Positions 27,895 through 37,379 of a DNA stretch of 64,000 bases are shown here, piece by piece. Below the pieces are notes generated by a model. The model made no database searches and was not told where the DNA came from. It saw only the letters and a list, made by a program, of their open reading frames with translations. The DNA is from Elusimicrobiota bacterium (GTDB lineage Bacteria; Elusimicrobiota; Endomicrobiia; CG1-02-37-114; JAHJSO01), in assembly GCA_043826435.1 (NCBI GenBank), contig JBDRQF010000061.1, positions 1 through 64,000 on the forward strand, given 5' to 3'. Position 1 is the stretch's first letter. Each line of letters begins with the position of its first letter. Position numbers and translations under genes: made by a program.

Positions 27895-27936
27895 ACCATA
27901 ACCGGTCGGCTATTCCGAGGAGGTTCGGGGCGTGAA
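27869..27936 (+). repeat. 27-bp perfect direct repeat at the rnfD/rnfG junction
   Basis: CTATTCCGAGGAGGTTCGGGGCGTGAA at 27869-27895 and 27910-27936. Confidence 0.9.
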
Positions 27937-28468
27937 AATTATAGATTACGCGGTAAAACTCACGTTCTTGTGTATTTTATCTTCCGCAATACTGTCATTT
28001 GTCTATAACAAAACAATGCCGGAGATTGAAAGGCAGGAAAGGGAGAAAATAATGGCGGCGCAGAAGGAACTCCTGCCGCAGGCGGAGACGTTTGAGTCCG
28101 CGGACGATTCCGGCAATTTCATGCTCGGTTTTATTGAGAAGGCGGGTAGGCGCGAGGCAGTAGGTAAGATAGTCAGTTTTGAAACAAGGGGATATGCGGG
28201 CCCCATAAAGTTAATGGCGGGTATAAACGCAGAAGAAAAAATCACCGGGGTGAAGGTCCTCCAGCAGAGCGAGACACCGGGCCTCGGCAACCGTATATCA
28301 AAGGACCATTTCCTTGGCCAGTTTTCCGGCAGGGGATATGACGAACTGGCGTTCGGCGCCCATGGGAGCGGAATTCAGGCGATTACCGGCGCCACGGTCT
28401 CGTCAAGGGCAGTCCTGTATGCGGTTAAGCAGGCGATGGGCAGGGTTCAATCACACCCGGGGAAGTAG
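27932..28468 (+). CDS. rnfG: Rnf complex subunit G
   Basis: TM anchor, GYAGPI, SETPGLG, ITGATVSS flavinylation motif. Confidence 0.93.
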   Translation: MKIIDYAVKLTFLCILSSAILSFVYNKTMPEIERQEREKIMAAQKELLPQAETFESADDSGNFMLGFIEKAGRREAVGKIVSFETRGYAGPIKLMAGINAEEKITGVKVLQQSETPGLGNRISKDHFLGQFSGRGYDELAFGAHGSGIQAITGATVSSRAVLYAVKQAMGRVQSHPGK

Positions 28469-28542
28469 TAAAGTGCTTTGCAACCTATGAACGGCGGACG
28501 AGCGAAGCAAGAACGCCCTGTGAAGTGAGGGAGACGGACAGT

Positions 28543-29151
28543 ATGTCCAGCGATAAATTCAATCATAAACCGGCAAAATTAAACGATTTTTTATACGGGA
28601 TACTCAGGGGTAACCCCGTGCTCGTACTTATGATAGGGCTCTGCCCCGTCCTTGCCGTATCCACGACATTATTCAATGGCGTCGGTATGTCGGTTGCCGT
28701 GGCGTTCGTTTTGGTCGGTTCAAACCTGATAATTTCGCTCGTAAGGAAATACACGCCACAGCAGATAAGGATACCCATTTTTATTATTATCATATCCACA
28801 TTCGTTACGGTAGCGGACTATGTAATAAAGGCATATTCGCCGCAACTTTACCGGCAATTAGGAGTGTTCATACCTTTGATTGTGGTGAACTGCGTTATAA
28901 TAGGCAGGGCTGAGGCGTTCGCTTACAGGAATAAAGCGTGGTCGTCCGTCCTGGACGGCATAGGGACGAGCATCGGGTTTTTAATCGTCCTGTTCTTTAT
29001 CAGCGCCCTGCGTGAATTTTTCGGGATGGGGAGTTTATTAGGCAACCAGTTAATTTCAAAGCCGGCGTTGATAATGGCTATGCCGCCCGGCGGGTTTATA
29101 ACGATAGGGGCTCTGATGGCATTGCTGACTTTCCTGAGGAAAAAAAGATGA
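28543..29151 (+). CDS. rnfE: Rnf complex subunit E
   Basis: NPVLVLMIGLCP, IRIP, FIPLIVVNC, PPGGF. Confidence 0.93.
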   Translation: MSSDKFNHKPAKLNDFLYGILRGNPVLVLMIGLCPVLAVSTTLFNGVGMSVAVAFVLVGSNLIISLVRKYTPQQIRIPIFIIIISTFVTVADYVIKAYSPQLYRQLGVFIPLIVVNCVIIGRAEAFAYRNKAWSSVLDGIGTSIGFLIVLFFISALREFFGMGSLLGNQLISKPALIMAMPPGGFITIGALMALLTFLRKKR

Positions 29152-29741
29152 TAGACAATTCAATGACGCCCGGTATGATTTTTCTCAGCGCCAGTTTGAT
29201 AAACAACATCATACTGATGCAATTTCTCGGGCTGTGTTCATTTTTCGGCGTCTCAACGAATATAAAAAACTCGGCGAGCATGGGGCTTGCCGTTACTTTC
29301 GTTGCGGTTATGGCTGGGGTAGTTTCCTGGGCGGTGTATCACCTTGTCCTTGTGCCGTTTCAGATTACCTTTTTAAGGACGGCGGTGTTCGTACTCACGA
29401 TTGCATCACTCGTCCAGTTAGAAGAGATGTTCATAAAAAAATACGTCCCGTCGCTCTACTCTGCAATGGGGATATATCTCCCGCTTATAACGACGAATTG
29501 CGCCATACTCGCAGTTGCATTTTTGAACATTGACTATTCACTCTCGTTATTAAATACCGTCGTGCACAGTTTTGCCGTCGCTTTCGGGTATGTCATTGCG
29601 ATTGTACTTTTCGCGGGGCTCAGGGAGCACCTTGTTCTTGCCCCCGTGCCGAAATCGTTAAGGGGTTACCCGCTGGCGTTTTTTCTTGCAAGTTTAATGT
29701 CTCTTGCATTCATGGGATTTAAGGGGCTGTTTGGTCTATAA
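29148..29741 (+). CDS. rnfA: Rnf complex subunit A
   Basis: NNIILMQFLGLC, IASLVQ, YLPLITTNCA. Confidence 0.93.
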   Translation: MIDNSMTPGMIFLSASLINNIILMQFLGLCSFFGVSTNIKNSASMGLAVTFVAVMAGVVSWAVYHLVLVPFQITFLRTAVFVLTIASLVQLEEMFIKKYVPSLYSAMGIYLPLITTNCAILAVAFLNIDYSLSLLNTVVHSFAVAFGYVIAIVLFAGLREHLVLAPVPKSLRGYPLAFFLASLMSLAFMGFKGLFGL

Positions 29742-30532
29742 TGGGATATTATGCTATAATAGTTTTTGGCGGGCTGGGGCTGTTGTTCGCTGTCGGGCTT
29801 GCGATAGCAGGCAGGTTATTACGGACGGATGAAGACGGCAGGAAGTCCGATGTCCTTCGTTCGTTGCCCGGGGTGAACTGCGGCGCCTGCGGTTTCGCCG
29901 GGTGCGAGGGTTTTGCAGGAGGGCTTATTTCCGGCAAAGCCGGTATTGAGAAATGCGCTTCCCTTACGGAAGAATCGTTGAAGGATATTGAAAGGATGCT
30001 CGGCCTTACCCCGGGTGAAATCGTCAGGAAAAAGGCGGTTGTTTATTGCAGTGGAGGAAAAAACTGCTCGGGCAGGTACGGGTATATCGGCGTTGAGACA
30101 TGCCGCGCATCGGGGCAGATTTTCGGTGGCCACAAGAAGTGCGATTACGCCTGCCTCAGTTTCGGCGATTGCTCAAGGGTGTGTCCGTTCGGCGCGATTA
30201 CGTATAAGAAAGGCGAGGTGCCCGTGGTCAACAGGGAGTTGTGTACCGGCTGCGGGATTTGCGTGGACGTCTGCCCGAAAAAAATAATTTCACTGGTTGA
30301 AGAAAAATACCCGGTACATATCAGGTGCAGTTCAAAGGACAACGGGAATTATGTCAGGCAGGTGTGCAAGACCGGTTGTATAGCGTGCGGGGTTTGTGTA
30401 AAGGTGTGCCCCAAAAAGGCGATAACGCTTAAAGACAACCTGGCAGTGATAGATTACGGGAAGTGCAATGCATGCGGGCTTTGCGTTGAAAGATGTCCTG
30501 CGAATACCATAGAAAGAGCGCTGCCGAAGTAA
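29741..30532 (+). CDS. rnfB: Rnf complex subunit B (polyferredoxin)
   Basis: LPGVNCGACGFAGC and several CxxCxxCxxxCP motifs. Confidence 0.93.
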   Translation: MGYYAIIVFGGLGLLFAVGLAIAGRLLRTDEDGRKSDVLRSLPGVNCGACGFAGCEGFAGGLISGKAGIEKCASLTEESLKDIERMLGLTPGEIVRKKAVVYCSGGKNCSGRYGYIGVETCRASGQIFGGHKKCDYACLSFGDCSRVCPFGAITYKKGEVPVVNRELCTGCGICVDVCPKKIISLVEEKYPVHIRCSSKDNGNYVRQVCKTGCIACGVCVKVCPKKAITLKDNLAVIDYGKCNACGLCVERCPANTIERALPK

Positions 30533-30669
30533 TGAGTCAGCGAAGTAATGGGGTCAGGTCTTGACATTTGACATTTGGTAGAGGCGTCGGTAATGGGGTT
30601 AGCAATCAGCAAAAGCATGTCGGCAGTAACTAACGAATTGCTAAAAGGCAAAAGGAGGAGAACGTAGAG

Positions 30670-31455
30670 ATGTCAACAATCACAATGAAGGCGTTGCTTG
30701 AAGCAGGAGCGCATTTCGGTCACCAGACCAGACGGTGGAATCCCAAGATGAGCAAATATATTTTTGGGAAAAGGAACAACATACACATTGTTGATCTGCA
30801 GAAGACAGTAAAGGAACTCAAGAAGGCGTACAGGTTTATCAGGGACGCGGTCCAGTCCGGGGCGAACGTACTTTTTGTGGGCACAAAGAAACAGGCGGCA
30901 GAGGTTATTGAGGCCGAAGCCACCCGTTGCGGGGCATTTTTTGTTTCAGAGAGATGGCTCGGCGGTACGCTTACGAATTTCCAGACAATAAGAAAGTCGG
31001 TCGGCCGGCTGTCCGAACTGGAGAAGATGAAACAGGAGGGGATTTTTAAAATCATATCAAAAAAGGAAAGAAGCAAGAGGCAGAAGGAAATGGATAAACT
31101 CCACCAGTCCCTGAGGGGCATAAGGAACATGGACACGATCCCCGACGTGGTTTTTATTGTTGACCCCGTAGAGGAGGAAGTGGCGTTGCGGGAGGCGAAA
31201 AAAATGTCCGTCCCCGTCATCGCTGTTTGCGATACGAACGCCAACCCGGATTTAATTGATTATGTAATCCCCGGAAATGATGACGCAGTCCGTTCCATTA
31301 AGGTATTTTGTTCAATAATCGCCGAAGCCGTTGTTGAGGGGAAAACCAGCATGGAGAAAACCGAGCCGTTTGGGGAACAGGCGGAGGATGTCCCGGCATC
31401 GGCATCCGTAAGCGGGGAAGAATTAAACAGGAAGATAGGTGCGGGCGGCGAGTGA
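30670..31455 (+). CDS. rpsB: 30S ribosomal protein S2
   Basis: [33 protein letters not shown]. Confidence 0.98.
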   Translation: MSTITMKALLEAGAHFGHQTRRWNPKMSKYIFGKRNNIHIVDLQKTVKELKKAYRFIRDAVQSGANVLFVGTKKQAAEVIEAEATRCGAFFVSERWLGGTLTNFQTIRKSVGRLSELEKMKQEGIFKIISKKERSKRQKEMDKLHQSLRGIRNMDTIPDVVFIVDPVEEEVALREAKKMSVPVIAVCDTNANPDLIDYVIPGNDDAVRSIKVFCSIIAEAVVEGKTSMEKTEPFGEQAEDVPASASVSGEELNRKIGAGGE

Positions 31456-31489
31456 AAAACGGGGAATAAAAGGGAAAGGGGCAATAAAA

Positions 31490-32107
31490 ATGTCAGAGCA
31501 AAAAACAAAGGTTGATATGACACTTATTCAGAAACTCAGGGAGTGCTCGGGCGCGGGGGTGCTTGAGTGCCAGAAGGCGCTCGTTGAGACCACGGGAGAC
31601 ATAGACAAGGCGTTGCAGATACTAAGGGAAAAGGGTATGACACAGTCGCTGAAAAAGGGCGGAAGGGAAGCGAAGAATGGAGTCATATCGTCATACATCC
31701 ATTCCGGCAACAGGATAGGCGTTCTGGTTGAAGTCAACTGCGAAACGGATTTTGTAGCGCGGACGGACGAGTTCAAAAATTTCGTAAAAGAGATAGGTCT
31801 CCAGATAGCGGCTGCGGCTCCGTTGTGGGTCCGCAAGGAAGACGTCTCAAAGGAGATTATTGAAAGGGAAAGAGACATATACAAGAAACAGTCCCTGCAG
31901 GAGGGAAAGCCGGAAAAAATGGTGGACAAGATAGTTGAAGGCAGGTTACAGAAATTCTACACGCAGGTATGCCTTCTTGAACAGCCGTATATAAGGGACC
32001 CCCAGGGAAAAGAAAAGGTGCAGGATATTATGAACTCGGTTATAGCGAAGACGGGAGAAAACCTCGTAATCCGCAGGTTCGTAAGGTACCAGTTAGGCGA
32101 GGAGTGA
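31490..32107 (+). CDS. tsf: Elongation factor Ts (short form)
   Basis: LRECSGAG, EVNCETDFVAR, RRFVRY. Confidence 0.97.
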   Translation: MSEQKTKVDMTLIQKLRECSGAGVLECQKALVETTGDIDKALQILREKGMTQSLKKGGREAKNGVISSYIHSGNRIGVLVEVNCETDFVARTDEFKNFVKEIGLQIAAAAPLWVRKEDVSKEIIERERDIYKKQSLQEGKPEKMVDKIVEGRLQKFYTQVCLLEQPYIRDPQGKEKVQDIMNSVIAKTGENLVIRRFVRYQLGEE

Positions 32108-32207
32108 AAGGCAAAATAAACAACCAACTTGTGTGTTTTATTAGTTGTTGTCGGTAACTTAAAAAGTGTGCGAATGAACTAACTCTGATAACGCACGCTG
32201 AGGAGTA

Positions 32208-32939
32208 ATGATAAAATACAGGCGGGTACTGATTAAAATATCAGGCGAGGCGCTGGCAGGTAAAAAGGGATGGGGTATAGACCCTGCCGTTCTGAAGTCC
32301 GTTGCGGACGAGATTGTATCGGCTAAAAAAACAGGTGCGTGTGTATCCGTTGTCGTCGGCGGGGGGAATTTCTGGCGGGGCAGGGAGGAAAGGATTGCAG
32401 GGCTGGACAGGGGGACATCCGACTATATAGGGATGTTAGCCACGGTCATAAACGCCTGCGTCCTGCGGGATGAAATCAGCAGGATTTACCCCCGGGTGGT
32501 CGTGCAGTCGGCGATTGAGGTTAAGGAACTCTGTGACCCTATCAGGAAACGGGAGGCAATGGACGCCCTCAGCAGGAACGCGATAGTTATTTTTGCAGGC
32601 GGCACGGGCAGCCCGTATTTTACCACGGACACTGCGGCCGCATTACGCGCAGCGGAGGTGTCGGCCGGCTGTCTTATAAAGGCGACCAAGGTTGACGGCG
32701 TTTATACCGACGACCCGGTTAAAAACAGGAAGGCGAGAAAGTTTGACCGGCTCGCCTCAATGGAAGCGATAAAAAGAAATTTAAAGATAATGGACATATC
32801 CGCTTTTTCACTGTGCATGGAGAACGGCATTGACATAATCGTGTGCAGTTTAAAAAAGGGGAATCTGGTAAAAGCCATAAGGGGCAAAAAAACAGGCACG
32901 CTGATAGTCAACCGGGTGTCAGCGTCTGCCGGTCATTAA
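32208..32939 (+). CDS. pyrH: UMP kinase
   Basis: KISGEAL, GGGNFWRG, DYIGMLAT, PYFTTDTAAALRA. Confidence 0.96.
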   Translation: MIKYRRVLIKISGEALAGKKGWGIDPAVLKSVADEIVSAKKTGACVSVVVGGGNFWRGREERIAGLDRGTSDYIGMLATVINACVLRDEISRIYPRVVVQSAIEVKELCDPIRKREAMDALSRNAIVIFAGGTGSPYFTTDTAAALRAAEVSAGCLIKATKVDGVYTDDPVKNRKARKFDRLASMEAIKRNLKIMDISAFSLCMENGIDIIVCSLKKGNLVKAIRGKKTGTLIVNRVSASAGH

Positions 32940-32950
32940 GGAGGGAGACC

Positions 32951-33514
32951 ATGTCAGCAGGACAACAGGTATTATCAACCGCAGAAGACCTTATGAAAAA
33001 ATCCATTGAGAAGTTAAAACACAGTCTCGTGTCGTTGAGGACAGGCAGAGCGAGCCCGTCCCTCCTGGAAGGCATTAAGGTTGAATGTTATAATTCCGTT
33101 ATGCCCATAAACCAGGTGGCCGGTGTTGCCATCCCCGATTCCAAAACGATTGAAATAAAACCGTGGGACCCCACAATAATATCTTCCATTGAGAAGGCAA
33201 TAAACAAGTCGTCCATCGGATTAACGCCAATGAGCGACGGTAAGGTCATATGGCTGAAAATCCCGCCGCTTACAGGTGAACGCAGGCAGGAACTCGTGAA
33301 GGTGGCGAAGAGGATTGCAGAGGAGTTCCGTGTGTCCATAAGGAATGACCGTCGGCTATGCCATGAAGAAATAAAAAAACTTGAGCGGGATAAAAAGATA
33401 CCCGAAGACGAAAGATTTAAATTTGAAGCCCAACTGCAGAAGGTTACGGACGGCTATATTGAACAGGTTGATAGTATCCTGGCGAATAAGGAAAAGGGAA
33501 TCCTTGAGGACTAG
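32951..33514 (+). CDS. frr: Ribosome recycling factor
   Basis: LRTGRASP, IKPWD, PPLTGERR, IRNDRR. Confidence 0.96.
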   Translation: MSAGQQVLSTAEDLMKKSIEKLKHSLVSLRTGRASPSLLEGIKVECYNSVMPINQVAGVAIPDSKTIEIKPWDPTIISSIEKAINKSSIGLTPMSDGKVIWLKIPPLTGERRQELVKVAKRIAEEFRVSIRNDRRLCHEEIKKLERDKKIPEDERFKFEAQLQKVTDGYIEQVDSILANKEKGILED

Positions 33515-33571
33515 AACCGGGTGCAATATTTAACACAGGGATGTGCGAATGGACGCCATGAGGTTGCACTG

Positions 33572-34294
33572 ATGACAGACATACACATTGATAAGTCAAA
33601 GTTGCCGGTGCACGTTGCCATTATTATGGACGGTAACGGCAGGTGGGCGAAGAAGAAAGGGTTGCCGAGGATTTACGGCCACAGGGCAGGCATTAAGTCG
33701 GTCAGGACAGCCATTGAAACCGCAAGGGAACTGGAAATTAAGGTCCTGTCATTGTTTGCCTTTTCAACTGAAAACTGGACAAGGCCTGCCGGCGAGATAG
33801 GCGCCCTGATGGGGCTTCTCTCACGGTATTTGAAAAAAGAGAAGGAAGAGATGAAAAACAAGGGCATAAGATTTGTGGTAAGCGGGGATATATCCGCCCT
33901 GCCGGCGAAGGTCCGTCAGGAGGTTCGGCAGGTATGTGAATATACGGAAGATTGCCGCGGCCTTGTGCTGAACTTGTGCCTGAATTACGGCGGCAGGCAG
34001 GAGATTCTGCATGCGGTGAACATGATAGCGAGTTTAGAGAGAACAAAAAAGACACAGGGCATTATTGACGAGTCGGCATTCCGCCGGTTCCTCTGGACGG
34101 GTAATTTGCCTGACCCTGATTTGCTTATCCGCACATCGGGCGAGCGGAGGGTTTCAAATTTTCTGCTCTGGCAGATTGCATACGCAGAACTTTATTTTAC
34201 GCCCGTGTTGTGGCCTGATTTTAACAGGAATGAATTTTACAGGGCGATAAAGGACTACCAGACAAGAGAAAGGAGATTTGGGTCAATACAATGA
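33572..34294 (+). CDS. uppS: Undecaprenyl diphosphate synthase
   Basis: HVAIIMDGNGRWA, AFSTENW, IRTSGE.RVSNFLLWQ, RRFG. Confidence 0.97.
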   Translation: MTDIHIDKSKLPVHVAIIMDGNGRWAKKKGLPRIYGHRAGIKSVRTAIETARELEIKVLSLFAFSTENWTRPAGEIGALMGLLSRYLKKEKEEMKNKGIRFVVSGDISALPAKVRQEVRQVCEYTEDCRGLVLNLCLNYGGRQEILHAVNMIASLERTKKTQGIIDESAFRRFLWTGNLPDPDLLIRTSGERRVSNFLLWQIAYAELYFTPVLWPDFNRNEFYRAIKDYQTRERRFGSIQ

Positions 34295-35130
34295 TTTTGC
34301 CAAGGTTATTGACGGCCATAATAGGCATACCGGTAATACTCCTGTCAATTTATTTCGGTAATATTCCGTATTTTATTCTTGTCCTGCTGGTCGTTTGCTT
34401 TTCTCTCCATGAGTATTTCTTCTTACTCGTGAAAGGGGGATACGGGCCGAGGGTTGTCCCTGGTTATGTCGCCGCAGTGGCGTTGCTGTTTTCCGTTTAT
34501 TTCAGCGGGACAGGCGTCCTTGCTCCTGCTGGGAACGTGGTTACTGCTGTCGTCCTGACGCTGTTCCTGTTTGCGCTTTTTATTTACGAGATACTCGCAA
34601 GTACGTTTAAACGAAAATTGGAAGAAGGGGCTGTGGGCAGGATATCAACCACGTTCGCGGGTGTTTTCCTGATTTCGTGGTGTTTCGGGCATTTGCTCCT
34701 TATGAGGGACATAAAGCCCTACGGCGCTGAATACACATTTTTTCTTTTCCTTTTGCTATGGGTGGCGGATACTGCCGCCTATGTAACCGGGATAAGGTTC
34801 GGCAGGAGGCGACTGTCGGAGAAGATAAGCCCGAAGAAGTCGGTTGAAGGAGCGATCGGAGGCGTCCTTGTGGGTGTCCTTTCAGGGATACTCCTCAAGC
34901 ACCTGCTTAAATTAGGAGAAATCAAAACGGTTGAATCCGCTGTCCTGAGTTTTGTGATAATCGTCGTTGCATATTTTTCCGACCTTTCGGAGTCCCTGAT
35001 AAAAAGAGATGCAGGCGTGAAGGACTCGGATGTGCTCCTGCCGGGACATGGCGGCATTCTTGACAGATTTGACTCATTCCTTTTCACCGCTCCGATTTTA
35101 TATTATTATTTGCTCATTTTCCACAGATAA
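34291..35130 (+). CDS. cdsA: Phosphatidate cytidylyltransferase
   Basis: DTAAY, ISPKKSVEG, DLSESLIKR..GVKDS..LPGHGGILDRFDS. Confidence 0.96.
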   Translation: MILPRLLTAIIGIPVILLSIYFGNIPYFILVLLVVCFSLHEYFFLLVKGGYGPRVVPGYVAAVALLFSVYFSGTGVLAPAGNVVTAVVLTLFLFALFIYEILASTFKRKLEEGAVGRISTTFAGVFLISWCFGHLLLMRDIKPYGAEYTFFLFLLLWVADTAAYVTGIRFGRRRLSEKISPKKSVEGAIGGVLVGVLSGILLKHLLKLGEIKTVESAVLSFVIIVVAYFSDLSESLIKRDAGVKDSDVLLPGHGGILDRFDSFLFTAPILYYYLLIFHR

Positions 35131-36299
35131 TGTCTGGGTGTCACAGTATGAACGTTGTTATACTCGGTTCAACAGGCTCAATAGGAATAAAGGCGCTTGA
35201 CGTCGCCCGTCGGATGAAAGACAGGTTCAGGGTCGTCGGCCTTTCGGCGTATTCAAACATGGGACTGCTGAAAAGGCAGGTCCGGGAGTTTTCGCCTCTG
35301 GCAGTGTGCGTCGGCAAACCGGAAGACGCCCGCCTGTTCAGCCGCAGGGGGCTGGAGGTATTTTCTGGTAACGACGGACTGTCTGCACTTGCAGGGATGG
35401 TGCCCGCGGACGTCGTCCTGATAGCGGTCGTCGGCGCCGTAGGGATATACCCATTGTTGGCGGCCGTTAAATCCGGCAGGCGGGTAGCCCTGGCGAACAA
35501 GGAGTCAATGGTTATCGCCGGGGGTATCGTGAGAAAGATGTTGTCCCCGGGACGGCGGCGCCCGGCCGAGCGCGTTTCCGGGATACTTCCCGTTGACAGC
35601 GAACACTCAGCAATATTCCAGTGCATCTCCGGCGAGAAAAAGGAAAACGTAAAACGGCTGATATTAACCGGCTCAGGCGGCCCGTTCTACAGGAAAAACA
35701 TTAATTTTGATAAAATCACTGTCCGGCAGGCGCTTGACCACCCTAACTGGAAGATGGGGAAAAAAATAACCGTTGACTCATCCACGCTTATGAACAAGGG
35801 CCTTGAGGTGATAGAAGCCCGCCACCTGTTTGACATACCCTTTAACAGGATAGACGTGCTTATCCACCCGCAGTCAATCGTCCATTCAATGGTTGAATTT
35901 TCAGACGGCGCGGTTCTCGGGCTGATGTCGGTTCCGGATATGAAACTGTCAATCCAGTATGCGCTCACTTACCCCGAACGCTACCCTACAGGGATTAAGT
36001 CCCTTAAATTAGACAAAATAAAACGACTGGAGTTCTTTTCACCTGATTTCAGAAAGTTCAGGTGTCTCTCGCTTGCCATTGCCGCCGGGAAGGAAGGCAA
36101 TACGATGCCTGCCGTCCTGAACGCCTCAAACGAGGTGGCGGTGCAGGCATTCTTACAGGGAAGAATAAGGTTTTCGGGCATACCCGCAATCATTGAAGAG
36201 ACGATGGAAAAACACACCGTCGTAAAAGACCCGTCGCCGGACGACGTCATTTCTGCCGACGGGTGGGCGAGAAAGTTCGCCGGAAAGGGGATAAATTAA
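35130..36299 (+). CDS. dxr: 1-deoxy-D-xylulose 5-phosphate reductoisomerase
   Basis: LGSTGSIG, LANKE, PVDSEHSA, HPNWKMGKKITVDS, NEVAV. Start may be 35148. Confidence 0.97.
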   Translation: MSGCHSMNVVILGSTGSIGIKALDVARRMKDRFRVVGLSAYSNMGLLKRQVREFSPLAVCVGKPEDARLFSRRGLEVFSGNDGLSALAGMVPADVVLIAVVGAVGIYPLLAAVKSGRRVALANKESMVIAGGIVRKMLSPGRRRPAERVSGILPVDSEHSAIFQCISGEKKENVKRLILTGSGGPFYRKNINFDKITVRQALDHPNWKMGKKITVDSSTLMNKGLEVIEARHLFDIPFNRIDVLIHPQSIVHSMVEFSDGAVLGLMSVPDMKLSIQYALTYPERYPTGIKSLKLDKIKRLEFFSPDFRKFRCLSLAIAAGKEGNTMPAVLNASNEVAVQAFLQGRIRFSGIPAIIEETMEKHTVVKDPSPDDVISADGWARKFAGKGIN

Positions 36300-36300
36300 A

Positions 36301-37356
36301 ATGTTTTTTGAAGCGTTTGCCGTTGTCTGGACTTTCGGTATAATAATATTTCTGCACGAATTGGGGCATTTCCTTTCCGCCCGGTGGATGGGCGTGAGGG
36401 TTGAAAAATTTTCTTTCGGGTTCGGGCCTGAAATCGTCGGTAAAACAATCGGGGACACCCGCTATTGTATATGCGTGTTCCCGTTAGGCGGAATGGTAAA
36501 ACTTGCCGGTGAACAACAGGACGAAACCAGCGGCAGGACGGACGAGTTTTATTCACAGGCGTGGTACAGGAGGGTATTTATAGTGGCGTCAGGCCCCGTT
36601 ATGAATTTTATTCTGGCGATATGTTTCTTTTTTATAACAATTTTTTTCTGGGGCGTCGGGGCGCCGTCCAGCGAGCCGGTAGTGGGGGATTTGATGCAGG
36701 GTTTTCCCGCAGAACTCGCAGGAATCAAACCCGGCGATAAGATTGTTGAAATTGATGGCAGGGGGATTGGCGCCTGGCAGGACGCGTCCGAGGTTATTCA
36801 TTCAAAAGGCGGCCAGAAGGTAATAATTGAAATTCTTCGTGAGAATAAAAAACTGATGTTTGAAATCGTCCCCAGGCAGGACAGTGAACTGAATATAGGC
36901 CTTATAGGAATAATTCCCGTATTGGCTGTCCAAAAGGTCGGGCCGATAAAATCGCTGGGTTATTCAATTGGGCACACATTCGGATTGAGCGTCTTTTATG
37001 TAAGGTATATACTGGACAGAATAATAAAACTGAAAAAACCCGATGTCGCAGGGCCCATCGGCATTGCCCAGTTTATCGCCAGGGCGGCAAGGCAGGGGGT
37101 TTCAAGTTTGCTTAATTTTGTCGGCGGGATATCCGTAATGGTGGGGTTGTTAAACCTTTTTCCGATACCCATCCTGGACGGCGGGCACATATTCTTTTTT
37201 GTGCTGGAGGGGATTTTCCGCCGCAGGGTAAATAAAAAAATTATTGAGACGGCGAATTTTGTCGGACTTTTTGTTATTCTGTCTATTTTTTTATATGCCT
37301 TTTACAGCGACTTCCAGCGACTGGGCATACTCCAGCGGTTGGGCATACTCCCCTGA
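36301..37356 (+). CDS. rseP: RIP metalloprotease RseP
   Basis: HELGH, FGFGP, PDZ domain, NLFPIPILDGG. Confidence 0.95.
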   Translation: MFFEAFAVVWTFGIIIFLHELGHFLSARWMGVRVEKFSFGFGPEIVGKTIGDTRYCICVFPLGGMVKLAGEQQDETSGRTDEFYSQAWYRRVFIVASGPVMNFILAICFFFITIFFWGVGAPSSEPVVGDLMQGFPAELAGIKPGDKIVEIDGRGIGAWQDASEVIHSKGGQKVIIEILRENKKLMFEIVPRQDSELNIGLIGIIPVLAVQKVGPIKSLGYSIGHTFGLSVFYVRYILDRIIKLKKPDVAGPIGIAQFIARAARQGVSSLLNFVGGISVMVGLLNLFPIPILDGGHIFFFVLEGIFRRRVNKKIIETANFVGLFVILSIFLYAFYSDFQRLGILQRLGILP

Positions 37357-37379
37357 CATGGAAGAGTTGTCAATCAATT

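Noticed and set aside
27264..27935. 223-aa alternative-frame ORF ending in the same IPRRFGA as RnfD
   Set aside because: It is an off-frame shadow of rnfD; the shared ending comes from the 27-bp duplication.
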